Origin: Dehalococcoidia bacterium
GTDB taxonomy: Bacteria; Chloroflexota; Dehalococcoidia; DSTF01; JACRBR01
Direction: 5' to 3'
Assembly: GCA_041494685.1 (NCBI GenBank)
Contig: JBGQBE010000002.1
Location: 177,754 to 197,753 of the forward strand
DNA: 20,000 nt
Shown here: in pieces, positions 1 through 8,387 of the stretch
Layout of the letters: each line of letters begins with the position of its first letter
Position numbering within the stretch: position 1 is the first letter of the stretch
Position numbers and translations under genes: made by a program
The notes under the pieces: model-generated
What the model was told of the DNA's origin: nothing
What the model saw: only the letters and a program-made list of their open reading frames with translations
Database searches by the model: none

Positions 1-10
1 GACGTAGCCC

Positions 11-892
11 CTACGCCAGTTCGGACTCGCCGCGCACGTCGCGCCCCGCCTCGACGTCGTCGATGAACTCGAAGACGGCGCGCTGCCACAGCTTCGGCCG
101 GAAGTCGGGCGTCGAGTGCGCCGCGCGGCGGATCGTCACCAGGCGCGAGTTCGGGATCAGCGCGTGATCGCGCTCGGCGCACGGGTAGAAGTCGTCCCAC
201 TCGCCGCACGAGACGAGCGTCGGCGCCGTGATCGCGGGCGTGCGCGACGTGAGGTCCGGGCGCTCACGCAGCGCACGGTTCGCCGCCAGGTATCCCGCCT
301 CCGTCATCATCTCAAGCTTCTGCTGCCGGTTCTTCGCGCCCTGCTCCTCCAGCGACATCTCGGACAGCCGCGCGTAGCGGTCGCTCTCGAGGCGGTACAC
401 GTCCTCGCGCTCGACGAGCCCCGCCATGCCGTACTTCTCGACGATGTACGCCATCCGCTCGAACGCGCTGATGATCCGGCGCTCGACCTCATTCGCCGCC
501 GCGCTGGAGCCGGCGCCGTTGCCCGCCGTCGTGTCGCAGAGCAGCAACGACCGCAGGCGCTCCGGGTAGTCGCAGGCGAACTGCGCGCTGATCATGCCGC
601 CCATCGACACGCCACCTACGTGCGCGCGCTCGATGCCGAGCGCGTCGAGCAGCCCCGCCAGGTCGGCGGCGAACTGCGGCACGGTGACCGTCGCCGGATC
701 GGCGGGTACCGTCGTGTTGCCGTGGGCGCGCACGTCGTACAGCAGCAGGTCGAAGTGTGTCTTGAACGCCTCGATGATCGGCGGCCAGCCGCCCGTCGGC
801 CCGGCGAAGCCGTGCGTCAGCACCAGCAGCGGCCCCGGCGCGCCGGAGCGCTCGTACCAGATGTCGATGCCGTTGACGCGCGCGGTCGGCAT
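11..892 (-). CDS. Alpha/beta fold hydrolase (293 aa)
   Basis: Start trimmed to MPTARVNGIDIWYE (ATG at 892). HGF oxyanion motif, YDVRAHG, nucleophile elbow GVSMGG, Asp in GEWDD and His in AAHS. Confidence 0.9.
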   Translation of the reverse strand: MPTARVNGIDIWYERSGAPGPLLVLTHGFAGPTGGWPPIIEAFKTHFDLLLYDVRAHGNTTVPADPATVTVPQFAADLAGLLDALGIERAHVGGVSMGGMISAQFACDYPERLRSLLLCDTTAGNGAGSSAAANEVERRIISAFERMAYIVEKYGMAGLVEREDVYRLESDRYARLSEMSLEEQGAKNRQQKLEMMTEAGYLAANRALRERPDLTSRTPAITAPTLVSCGEWDDFYPCAERDHALIPNSRLVTIRRAAHSTPDFRPKLWQRAVFEFIDDVEAGRDVRGESELA

Positions 893-894
893 GG

Positions 895-1221
895 CTATCG
901 GCCTGACTTCGCGGAGCGGGATGAGCGCGACGGCCGCTGCGGCAGCACGACCGCGCCCTCGGCGGGCGCGTTCCACAACTGCTCGGCGCGGCGCGGCGCG
1001 CGCACGTTCGGCGGGAAGATGCCGTTGATCGAGGCGATGACCAGCGTCAGCCCGGAGAGCGCCAGGATGGCGAAGAAGAGCAGCAGCCACGCCACGAACA
1101 GGTCGCCGCGGATGCCGAGCGCGTGCGGGACGGGCGTCCAGAACAGGAACAGCCCGATCACGAACCAGAGCCCGGCGAACACGAACGCCGTAACGGCGGT
1201 GCGGTAGCTAATGCGGCGCAT
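895..1221 (-). CDS. Small two-TM membrane protein of unknown function (108 aa)
   Basis: Two hydrophobic segments (TAVTAFVFAGLWFVIGLFLFW; LFVAWLLLFFAILALSGLTLVIASI). Stop lies 2 nt before the hydrolase start. TG-C-TACGAT extended -10 sits 8 nt upstream of ATG 1221. Confidence 0.7.
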   Translation of the reverse strand: MRRISYRTAVTAFVFAGLWFVIGLFLFWTPVPHALGIRGDLFVAWLLLFFAILALSGLTLVIASINGIFPPNVRAPRRAEQLWNAPAEGAVVLPQRPSRSSRSAKSGR

Positions 1222-1312
1222 CAGGCAAGATCGTAGCACATGAGATCCGGGCAGCGTGGGGGCTCGAGCCAACGGCGCTTAGAGGATCTACCCAGGAACG
1301 CACCTTCGGTAG

Positions 1313-1350
1313 TATGATCCTCATGGCGGGAGGCGTACGGTAACGGAGGG
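1313..1350 (+). promoter_or_regulatory. Putative -10 (TATGAT) and Shine-Dalgarno (GGAGGG) for the DUF5131 operon
   Basis: TATGAT at 1313-1318; GGAGGG at 1345-1350, 5 nt before ATG 1356. Confidence 0.5.
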
Positions 1351-1355
1351 CTGCC

Positions 1356-2099
1356 ATGTCGAGCACGTCATCGATCGAGTGGACGGACGCAACCTGGAAC
1401 CCCGTCACCGGCTGCTCAAAGGTCTCGCCGGGGTGCGCGCACTGTTACGCCGAAACGTTCGCCGAGCGTTTCCGCGGCGTGCCCGGGCACCCATACGAAC
1501 AGGGCTTCGACCTCAAGCTTTGGCCGCAACGCCTGGAACTGCCGCTCACGTGGAAGCGTCCGCGGATGATCTTCGTCAACTCGATGAGCGATCTCTTCCA
1601 CGATGACGTCCCCGATGCCTTCATCCAGCAGGTGTTCGATGCGATGGGGCGCGCCGACTGGCATACCTTCCAGGTGCTGACCAAGCGACCGGAGCGAGCC
1701 GCCGCGATGTCGGCGCAACTGCCGTGGCGTGCGAATATCTGGATGGGCACGAGCGTCGAGAACCAGCGCTTCACGTCGCGCATCGAGTCGTTGCGGGGCA
1801 CCGCGGCTCACGTGAAGTTCCTGTCCTGTGAGCCGCTGCTCGGGCCGCTGAAGCTCAAGCTTCGCCATATCGACTGGGTGATCGTGGGCGGCGAGTCCGG
1901 CCCCGGCGCGCGGCCCATGCGCGCCGACTGGGCCCGCAGCGTGCGCGACCAGTGCGGGGCGTCGGGCGTGGCGTTCTTCTTCAAGCAGTGGGGCGCGCAC
2001 GACGAAGCCGGCATCCGCGTGGGCAAGAAGCACGCTGGACGCGTACTCGATGGTCGAACGTGGGACGGGATGCCCCGGACGGCGGCACTCGCACGCTGA
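1356..2099 (+). CDS. DUF5131 / phage Gp37-Gp68 family protein (three-Cys CX6CXXC, radical-SAM-like)
   Basis: SIEWTDATWNPVTGCSKVSPGCAHCYAE, IFVNSMSDLFH, FQVLTKRPER, FLSCEPLLGPL, IDWVIVGGESG, FFFKQWG, GRTWD: all family hallmarks. Confidence 0.93.
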   Translation: MSSTSSIEWTDATWNPVTGCSKVSPGCAHCYAETFAERFRGVPGHPYEQGFDLKLWPQRLELPLTWKRPRMIFVNSMSDLFHDDVPDAFIQQVFDAMGRADWHTFQVLTKRPERAAAMSAQLPWRANIWMGTSVENQRFTSRIESLRGTAAHVKFLSCEPLLGPLKLKLRHIDWVIVGGESGPGARPMRADWARSVRDQCGASGVAFFFKQWGAHDEAGIRVGKKHAGRVLDGRTWDGMPRTAALAR

Positions 2100-2943
2100 T
2101 GCCAAGACAGAAGATTCCGCGACCGATAGGCGACTGGACAGCGCACAAGCTTGAGCATCTCAGCGCGTACCTCGAGGCTTTTGCCAAGGCTACGACCACA
2201 GCTCGCGAGCGATATTACATCGATGCGATGGCCGGCTGTGGCGAGTGCGTGCTCTCGAAAACTGGCTATTCTACTCCAGGCTCAGCTTTGCGCGCGTTGA
2301 ACGCTAGACCACGGTTCACAGGCATTCACTTGGTGGAACTCGACCCGGCGTCCGCGCAGCACCTACGTCTCAAGATGCAGTCCCACCGAAACGTCTTCGT
2401 GTACCAGGGGGATTGTAACGAAGTGATCCCGCGAGACGTGCTCCCAAAGATCTCAACGATCGCGCCGACGCTGGCGTTCATCGATCCGACGGGTGTGCAG
2501 TCCACCTGGACATTAATCGAGCGAATCGCGCGACATCGCAAAGGTGTGCGCGGCGAGAAGATCGAGCTGCTCGTCTGTTCGCGTTCGACATGTTCATCAA
2601 CCGTTGGCTGAAGAACGAATCTTCGTGGCCCCAGTTAGACGCGTTCTACGGAACACACGCGTGGCATGCGGACCTTCTTGAAAGCCAGCGGCTCGGCGAG
2701 GACCTCGATGCACGGCGAGAACGATTCATGAAGCTTTATATGGATCGATTGAAGGCCGTCCTTGGTTACAAGTACGTTGATCCCCACGGTCCGCTGAAGA
2801 AGAAGAACCGCACTCTATACCACATGATCTTCGCCACGGATCATCCTGCTGCACACAGAATCATGAGTGACGTCTGGGGGAAGGCCCGTCCGTTACCAGG
2901 AGACATGTTCTATCAGAAGACTTTCGATCTTGAACCAGGCTGA
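2099..2943 (+). pseudogene. tcmP: Three-Cys-motif partner protein (TcmP-like, SAM-methyltransferase-like fold), split by a 1-nt frameshift near 2575
   Basis: ATG overlaps the DUF5131 stop (TGATG). WTAHKL..L..YL, YIDAMAGCG, VELD, GDCN and AFIDPTG occur in the first frame (stop 2611); LYHMIFATDH occurs in the second frame (2590-2943). Inserting one C after GTC 2573-2575 joins them as IELLVLFAFDMFINRW, 281 aa in total. Confidence 0.8.
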
Positions 2944-2993
2944 CGACTGACAGTCGCGGCGACACAACGGCGACGCGCAGGGCTCTCAATAGG

Positions 2994-3019
2994 AGAGGCC
3001 CCCTTCACCGGGGGCCTCT
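2994..3019. terminator. Hairpin between convergent tcmP and glnK, likely a (bidirectional) terminator
   Basis: AGAGGCCCCC-ttcacc-GGGGGCCTCT, a perfect 10-bp stem. U-tracts are weak on both sides. Confidence 0.65.
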
Positions 3020-3051
3020 TCCGCTTCGATGCTCTGTGCTGGCCGCGGCGG

Positions 3052-3399
<348 letters not shown>

Positions 3400-3411
3400 T
3401 CAGTCCCCTGG

Positions 3412-4788
3412 CTACCGGGCCGTGCCCGAATGCTGCGGCTGCATCGTGTGCTGGTCCGCGAACGGCTCCCCTGAAGCCATCGTGTGCACCGGGATCGCCT
3501 CCGGGATGCCGAGCACCGGGCCGCTGCCGCCGAAGATGTAGGCGCGCTCCCCGTGCTGCGACACGTCCAGGCCGGCGATCTCCTGTTCCTCGCTGACCCG
3601 CAGCCCCATGGTCACGTCGAGGGCCTTGAGTATGACCCACGTGGCCGCAAAAGAGTAGACGCCGACCGCTCCCGTGGCGACCATCTGGCGCCACACCTGG
3701 TCGCCCGCGCCGTGAAACAGGCCGTCCACGCCGCCCACCGTCGCCGTGGCGAAGAGGCCCGTCGCCAGGCTGCCCCAGAGTCCGCCGACGCCGTGCACGC
3801 CCACCACGTCCAGCGAGTCGTCGAGCGACGTCCGGCCGCGCCACTGCACCGCCAGGAAGCAGATGACACCCGCGACCGCGCCGATGGCGATCGCCTCCAT
3901 CGGCTGCACGAAGCCGGACGCCGGCGTGATCGCCACGAGCCCGGCCACCGCGCCCGCCGCCGCGCCCACGACGCTTGGCTTGCCCGACAGCCACCAGCTC
4001 ATCCCGACCCAGCTGAGGGCCGCCGCGGCCGCCGCCGTGTTCGTCACGACGAAAGCGTTGACCGCCTGCGCGTTCGCCGCGCCCGCGCTGCCGGCGTTGA
4101 AACCGAACCAGCCGAACCAGAGCAGCGACGCGCCCAGCACGACCATCGTCACGTCGTGCGGCTCCATCGGCTCTTCCTTGAAGCCCTTGCGCCGCTTGAA
4201 GATCAGCGCCGCGGCCAGCGCGGCCGCGCCCGCGTTCACGTGGATCGCCGTGCCACCGGCAAAGTCCAGCGCCTTCACCTTCGTGCCGGCCAGCGAGGCC
4301 CAGCCGTCGTTCGCGAACACCCAGTGCGCGACCGGGTCGTACACCAGGAAGGACCAGAGCAGCATGAACACGAGGAAGGTGCTGAACTTCGCCCGCTCGG
4401 CGAAGGCGCCCGTGATCAGCGCGGGCGTGATGATGGCGAACATCATCTGGAACGCCATGAACGCCTCGTGCGGGATGCCGATGCCGTAGGTACGCGGCTC
4501 GCCGTTGTGCGTGTAGCTGGCGACGTTCGCGCCGACATCCTTGAGTCCGACCCAGTCCAGGCCGCCGATGAGGCCCCAGTGGTCCGGCCCGAACGCCAGG
4601 GTGTAGCCGATGACCACCCATTGGACGCCGATCAGCCCCGCCACGATGAAGCTCTGCATGATCGTGCCCAGGACGTTCTTGCTACGGGTCAGTCCCCCGT
4701 AGAAGAAGCCCAGCGCGGGCGTCATCAGCAGCACCAGCGCGGACGCTGTCAGCACCCATGCGGTATTGCCCGAGTCAACTGCCGGCAT
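3412..4788 (-). CDS. amtB: Ammonium transporter
   Basis: LMTPALGFFYGGL, FQMMFAIITPALI, DFAGGTAIH, LWFGWFGFNAGS, DDSLDVVGVHG (both pore His), GLDVSQHGE; GGGGAGG SD upstream. Confidence 0.97.
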   Translation of the reverse strand: MPAVDSGNTAWVLTASALVLLMTPALGFFYGGLTRSKNVLGTIMQSFIVAGLIGVQWVVIGYTLAFGPDHWGLIGGLDWVGLKDVGANVASYTHNGEPRTYGIGIPHEAFMAFQMMFAIITPALITGAFAERAKFSTFLVFMLLWSFLVYDPVAHWVFANDGWASLAGTKVKALDFAGGTAIHVNAGAAALAAALIFKRRKGFKEEPMEPHDVTMVVLGASLLWFGWFGFNAGSAGAANAQAVNAFVVTNTAAAAAALSWVGMSWWLSGKPSVVGAAAGAVAGLVAITPASGFVQPMEAIAIGAVAGVICFLAVQWRGRTSLDDSLDVVGVHGVGGLWGSLATGLFATATVGGVDGLFHGAGDQVWRQMVATGAVGVYSFAATWVILKALDVTMGLRVSEEQEIAGLDVSQHGERAYIFGGSGPVLGIPEAIPVHTMASGEPFADQHTMQPQHSGTAR

Positions 4789-4822
4789 GTTCCCTCCCCT
4801 GACTATTCAGTGCGATGGGGAG

Positions 4823-4876
4823 AGCATAGGGCCGTAATGTTACGGCCACGTTTCGGGCAGGTGACGGCACGGTTAC
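4823..4876 (-). promoter_or_regulatory. amtB promoter: -10 TATGCT plus four phased GlnR-like boxes
   Basis: Minus strand reads GTAAC-n6-GTCAC-n6-GAAAC-n6-GTAAC (4876-4839), then TATGCT (4828-4823). Confidence 0.7.
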
Positions 4877-5017
4877 GCGTGAACCTGCAAGTTGGCGAAT
4901 CCAAAGCAACCGCCGCGAGATCACGTCAAGTTCGGAGCGGGAAGCGTTCAGGAACCGGTCCGCGCCCCGGTCCGGCCGGCGCGGGCGCCAGATCATCGCC
5001 CGTAACCGGTCCCCCGG

Positions 5018-6283
5018 CTACCGCCCGATGCCCACATACGCCGCGCCCGCCGCCGCCACGACGGCCGGATCGAGCGCCGCGCGCGTGTCCAGCACGGCGC
5101 GCAGGCCGCTGAACGCGCGCAGGTCCAGCGCCGCGTACTGCTCGTGCCACGCCTGCACGACGAGCGCGTCGCACGCCAGCGGGAACGCGGGCGGCGGCTG
5201 CATGCCGTGCGCGGCGATCTCGGCGTCGGAGTACAGCGGGTCGTGCACGTAAACCGTCGCGCCGCGGGCGGTGAGCGCCGCCGCGAGGCCGTAGGCGCTG
5301 CTGTGGCGCGACTCCTTCACGCCGGGCCGGTACGCCAGCCCCAGCACGACGGCCGTGGCCCCGCGCAGCGTGCCCAGCGCGTGCTCCAGACGCGACGCCG
5401 CGTACGCCGCCATGCCGTCGTTCAGGCGGCGCGACACGCCGATCAGGTCGTCCGGCTCGTCCGCCGCGTCGAGGAAGTAGGGGTACACCGGGATGCAGTG
5501 GCCCCCGACTCCCGCGCCCGGCGCGTGGATGTGCGAGTAGGGCTGCGTGTTCGCCGCGGCGATCGCCTGCAGCGCGTCCACGCCGATGCGGTCGGCAATC
5601 CGCGCGAACTCGTTCGCCAGCGCGATGTTCACGTCGCGGTACGTCGTCTCCGCGAGCTTCGAGAACTCCGCCGTCTCGGCGTCGCGCACCTCCAGCACCT
5701 CGGCGTCGAGCATGGCGCGGTAGAAGCGCGCGGCCCGCGCGGTACTCTCCGCATCGATGCCGCCGACGATCTTCGGGTAGGTGCGCAGGTCGCGCAGCAC
5801 GCGGCCCGATGACACGCGCTCGGGCGAGAACGCGAGCGCGAAGTCCGCACCCGGCCACATCGCTGACACGGCAGCGATCTGCGCGCCCACGCGGTTGCGC
5901 GTCGTGCCGGCCGGCACCGTCGTCTCGACGATCACGAGCGCGCCGCGCTTGAGGTGCGGCGCCACGGCCGCCACCGCCTCGTCGAGCAGCGCGAAGTCGG
6001 CCTGGTGGTGCGCGTCAATGTCCACGGGTACGATGAACACTGCGACATCGGCATCCGCGACCGCATCGCGCGCGTCGGTGGTGGCGCGCAGCCGGCCGTC
6101 CGCCACGAGCGCCGCGATGCGCTCCGAGAGCACCGGCTCAGTGGGCAGCGGGTTGCTGCCGGCGTTGATCTCGGCGACGCGCGCGGCGTTCACGTCGTAG
6201 CCGGCGACGCGCGCGCCTTTCGATGCGAACTGCACCGCCAGCGGCACGCCGATCTTGCCCAGCCCGACGATGGCGACGTTCAC
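5018..6283 (-). CDS. Nucleotide-sugar dehydrogenase (UDP-GlcNAc/ManNAc 6-dehydrogenase, WbpA/WecC-like)
   Basis: GLGKIG Rossmann motif, ETTVPAGTT, FSPERV, KLAETTYRDVNIALANE, GVGGHCIP catalytic Cys, GLAYRPGV. GTG start overlaps the upstream stop (GTGA). Confidence 0.92.
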   Translation of the reverse strand: MNVAIVGLGKIGVPLAVQFASKGARVAGYDVNAARVAEINAGSNPLPTEPVLSERIAALVADGRLRATTDARDAVADADVAVFIVPVDIDAHHQADFALLDEAVAAVAPHLKRGALVIVETTVPAGTTRNRVGAQIAAVSAMWPGADFALAFSPERVSSGRVLRDLRTYPKIVGGIDAESTARAARFYRAMLDAEVLEVRDAETAEFSKLAETTYRDVNIALANEFARIADRIGVDALQAIAAANTQPYSHIHAPGAGVGGHCIPVYPYFLDAADEPDDLIGVSRRLNDGMAAYAASRLEHALGTLRGATAVVLGLAYRPGVKESRHSSAYGLAAALTARGATVYVHDPLYSDAEIAAHGMQPPPAFPLACDALVVQAWHEQYAALDLRAFSGLRAVLDTRAALDPAVVAAAGAAYVGIGR

Positions 6284-7311
6284 GACGGCGCCGCCTCCAG
6301 GGGCAGGCTGACACCGGCGCCGCTGCGCGCCGCGCGCACAAGCGCCTCGGCCGCCGCCATGGCGGCGAGCCCGTCGTCAGGCGTGACGGCAGGCGGCGTG
6401 CCGGCGCGCACCGCCGCGGCGAACGCCTCCAGCTCCATGCGCAGCGGCTCGCGCTTGTCAATCTTCAATTGGTGCACGGGGCCCTCGCTCACGCCCTTCT
6501 GGTGGCGCGCCGCCCAGCCGCCCGGCTGCTCCGCGCCGTGCGCGTTCTCGAAGAAGGTCAGCTCGCGCGCCAGGTAGTCGACCACGAACAAGCCGCGCTC
6601 GCCGAGCACCGAAAGCTCGCGGATCTTCGTCGGCGTCAGCCAGTTGATGTCCAGCACGCCCACGACGTGGTTGGCGAAGCGCAGCAGCCCGATCAGCATG
6701 TCCTCGTGCTCGGTGTTGATACGCTGCTCGGTCTCCGCCTGGACGCGCGTCACCTCGCTGTTCAACAGGTAGCGCATCACGTCGATGTCGTGCGGCGCCA
6801 GGTCCAGCACCACGCCGACGTCGCGCACGCGCTCCGGGAACGGTCCGACTCGCCGCGCGTGCACCTGGTACACGCGGCCCAGCTCGCCCGCGCTCAGCTG
6901 CCGCTTCAACTCGATCACGGCTGGGTTGAAGCGCTCGATGTGACCGACCGTCAGCAGCACGCCGGCCGCCGCGGCCAGATCGCGCAGCCGCCGCCCCTCG
7001 TCCAGCGTCGCGGCCAGCGGCTTCTCCACCAGCAGCGGCACCCCGCGCGCAATCACCTCCGTGCCCACGTCGCCGTGCGCGCGCGTCGGCACGGCCACCG
7101 ACACCAGGTCGATGCGCTCTTCGTCCAGCATCCGTCGATAGTTGGTGTAGCCGCGTGCGGCGCGCCCGCGCGTCGCGTGCCCGACGCGCGCGGCGTCAGT
7201 ATCGGCGACGGCGGCAAGCTCCACGCCGGGGATCTCGGCGTAGACGCGGGCGTGGTTCGACCCCATGGCGCCCAGCCCGATGACGGCAGCTCGCAGCACG
7301 CGCTCGCTCAC
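6280..7311 (-). CDS. Gfo/Idh/MocA family oxidoreductase (WbpB-like sugar-nucleotide 3-dehydrogenase)
   Basis: GLGAMGSNH, VEKPLA, GHIERFNPA, DVGVVLDLAPHDID. GTG start at 7311 with TACACT 6 nt upstream. Confidence 0.88.
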   Translation of the reverse strand: MSERVLRAAVIGLGAMGSNHARVYAEIPGVELAAVADTDAARVGHATRGRAARGYTNYRRMLDEERIDLVSVAVPTRAHGDVGTEVIARGVPLLVEKPLAATLDEGRRLRDLAAAAGVLLTVGHIERFNPAVIELKRQLSAGELGRVYQVHARRVGPFPERVRDVGVVLDLAPHDIDVMRYLLNSEVTRVQAETEQRINTEHEDMLIGLLRFANHVVGVLDINWLTPTKIRELSVLGERGLFVVDYLARELTFFENAHGAEQPGGWAARHQKGVSEGPVHQLKIDKREPLRMELEAFAAAVRAGTPPAVTPDDGLAAMAAAEALVRAARSGAGVSLPLEAAPS

Positions 7312-7374
7312 GCCGCCAGTGTATCGGTGCATGCCGACGCGCGGCAGACGGAATCGTGTCGAGGGTGCTGATGG

Positions 7375-8313
7375 TTAGGAAGCCGCTGCCGCGCCGTTCT
7401 CGAACACGTCGCCGGGTGCGATAGCCGCCTCCGCGGCGAATTCCGCGGCCGACAGCTTCTTGCCGCCCTCGAACTGCAGCCGCCTCGCGTGCAGCACGCC
7501 ACCCGCCAGCGCGATGTCGATGCCGCCGTCCGCCACGGCCAGCACCGTGCCGGGCGCGGCGTCCGATGCGATCTCAGGCGTCATCCGCGCGTCGAAGAAG
7601 CGCACCCGCGTGCCCCGCAGCAGCGCGTGCGCGCCCGGCGCGGGGTTGGAGCCTCGGACCAGGTTGTAGACCTCCGCCGCGGGCCGCTGCCAGTCGATGC
7701 CGCTGTTGCCGTCGTCGGCCGGAGCCTCGTACGTGGCGCGCGACTCGTCCTGCGGCTCGCGCGGCGCCGTGCCCTCGCGCACCATGCGCACCGCGTCGGT
7801 CAGCGCCTGCACGCCCATCGGGAAGAGCCGGTCGAAGTACAGCGAGCGGACGGTGTCGTCCGGCCCGATCTCCGTTTCGCGTTGTAACAAGATCGGGCCC
7901 GTGTCGATGCCCTTGTCCACCCAGAAGATCGTCAGGCCCGTTGTCGTGTCGCCCTGCATGATCGACCAGTTCATCGCGCTGCGGCCACGGTGGCGCGGCA
8001 GCAGCGACGGGTGGTACTGGATCGAACCGTGGCGCGGCTGCTCGATCACGCGCTCGGGCAGAATGTGGTTCACGTACGCCATCACGCAGAGGTCCGGGCG
8101 CGTGGCGGCGTACGCCTCCAGCACGTCGGGCTTCTTCAGGCTGCCCGTGGGGAACACCGGCACGCCGGCGGCCTGTCCCGCCGCCCACAACGGGTCCGGC
8201 CGCTCCGGCTTGCCCGTGATCGACGACACCGCGACGACGTCCTCGCCGGCCGCGCGCAGCGCGGTGAACACCGCCTCGCCGAACGCAGCCTGGCCGATCA
8301 GTGCGATGCGCAT
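7375..8313 (-). CDS. Formyltransferase-family protein resembling the 10-formyl-THF dehydrogenase N-terminal domain
   Basis: MRIALIGQAAFGEAV, QYHPSLLPRHRG, IFWVDKGIDTGPILLQ, PDDTVRSLYFDRLFPMG, ATYE, and a C-terminal FMT domain (IDWQRPA..VYNLVRG..PAPGA). Confidence 0.85.
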   Translation of the reverse strand: MRIALIGQAAFGEAVFTALRAAGEDVVAVSSITGKPERPDPLWAAGQAAGVPVFPTGSLKKPDVLEAYAATRPDLCVMAYVNHILPERVIEQPRHGSIQYHPSLLPRHRGRSAMNWSIMQGDTTTGLTIFWVDKGIDTGPILLQRETEIGPDDTVRSLYFDRLFPMGVQALTDAVRMVREGTAPREPQDESRATYEAPADDGNSGIDWQRPAAEVYNLVRGSNPAPGAHALLRGTRVRFFDARMTPEIASDAAPGTVLAVADGGIDIALAGGVLHARRLQFEGGKKLSAAEFAAEAAIAPGDVFENGAAAAS

Positions 8314-8314
8314 C

Positions 8315-8349
8315 GTAGTCTGTAGCGGGTAGTGAGTAGTTTGTAGTTC
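8315..8349. repeat. Five degenerate tandem heptamers GTAGnnn
   Basis: gtagtct gtagcgg gtagtga gtagttt gtagttc; GTAG at 8315, 8322, 8329, 8336 and 8343. Confidence 0.8.
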
Positions 8350-8387
8350 ACGGCCTGCGCAACCTCACCAGCGACCAGGCGACCAGA

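Noticed and set aside
1952..2098. Upstream extension of the tcmP ORF
   Set aside because: Overlaps the DUF5131 3' end; the TGATG-coupled ATG at 2099 fits the family N-terminus.
1356..2099. Prophage, based on the Gp37/Gp68 label
   Set aside because: No integrase, structural or replication genes and no att-like repeats.
2561..2611. Programmed ribosomal frameshift or phase variation in tcmP
   Set aside because: No slippery heptamer or homopolymer tract at the junction.
4794..4822. Anti-SD hairpin (CTCCCC/GGGGAG) in the amtB leader as a riboswitch
   Set aside because: The CTCCCC arm lies between the -10 and the predicted +1, so it is probably not transcribed; the leader is too short.
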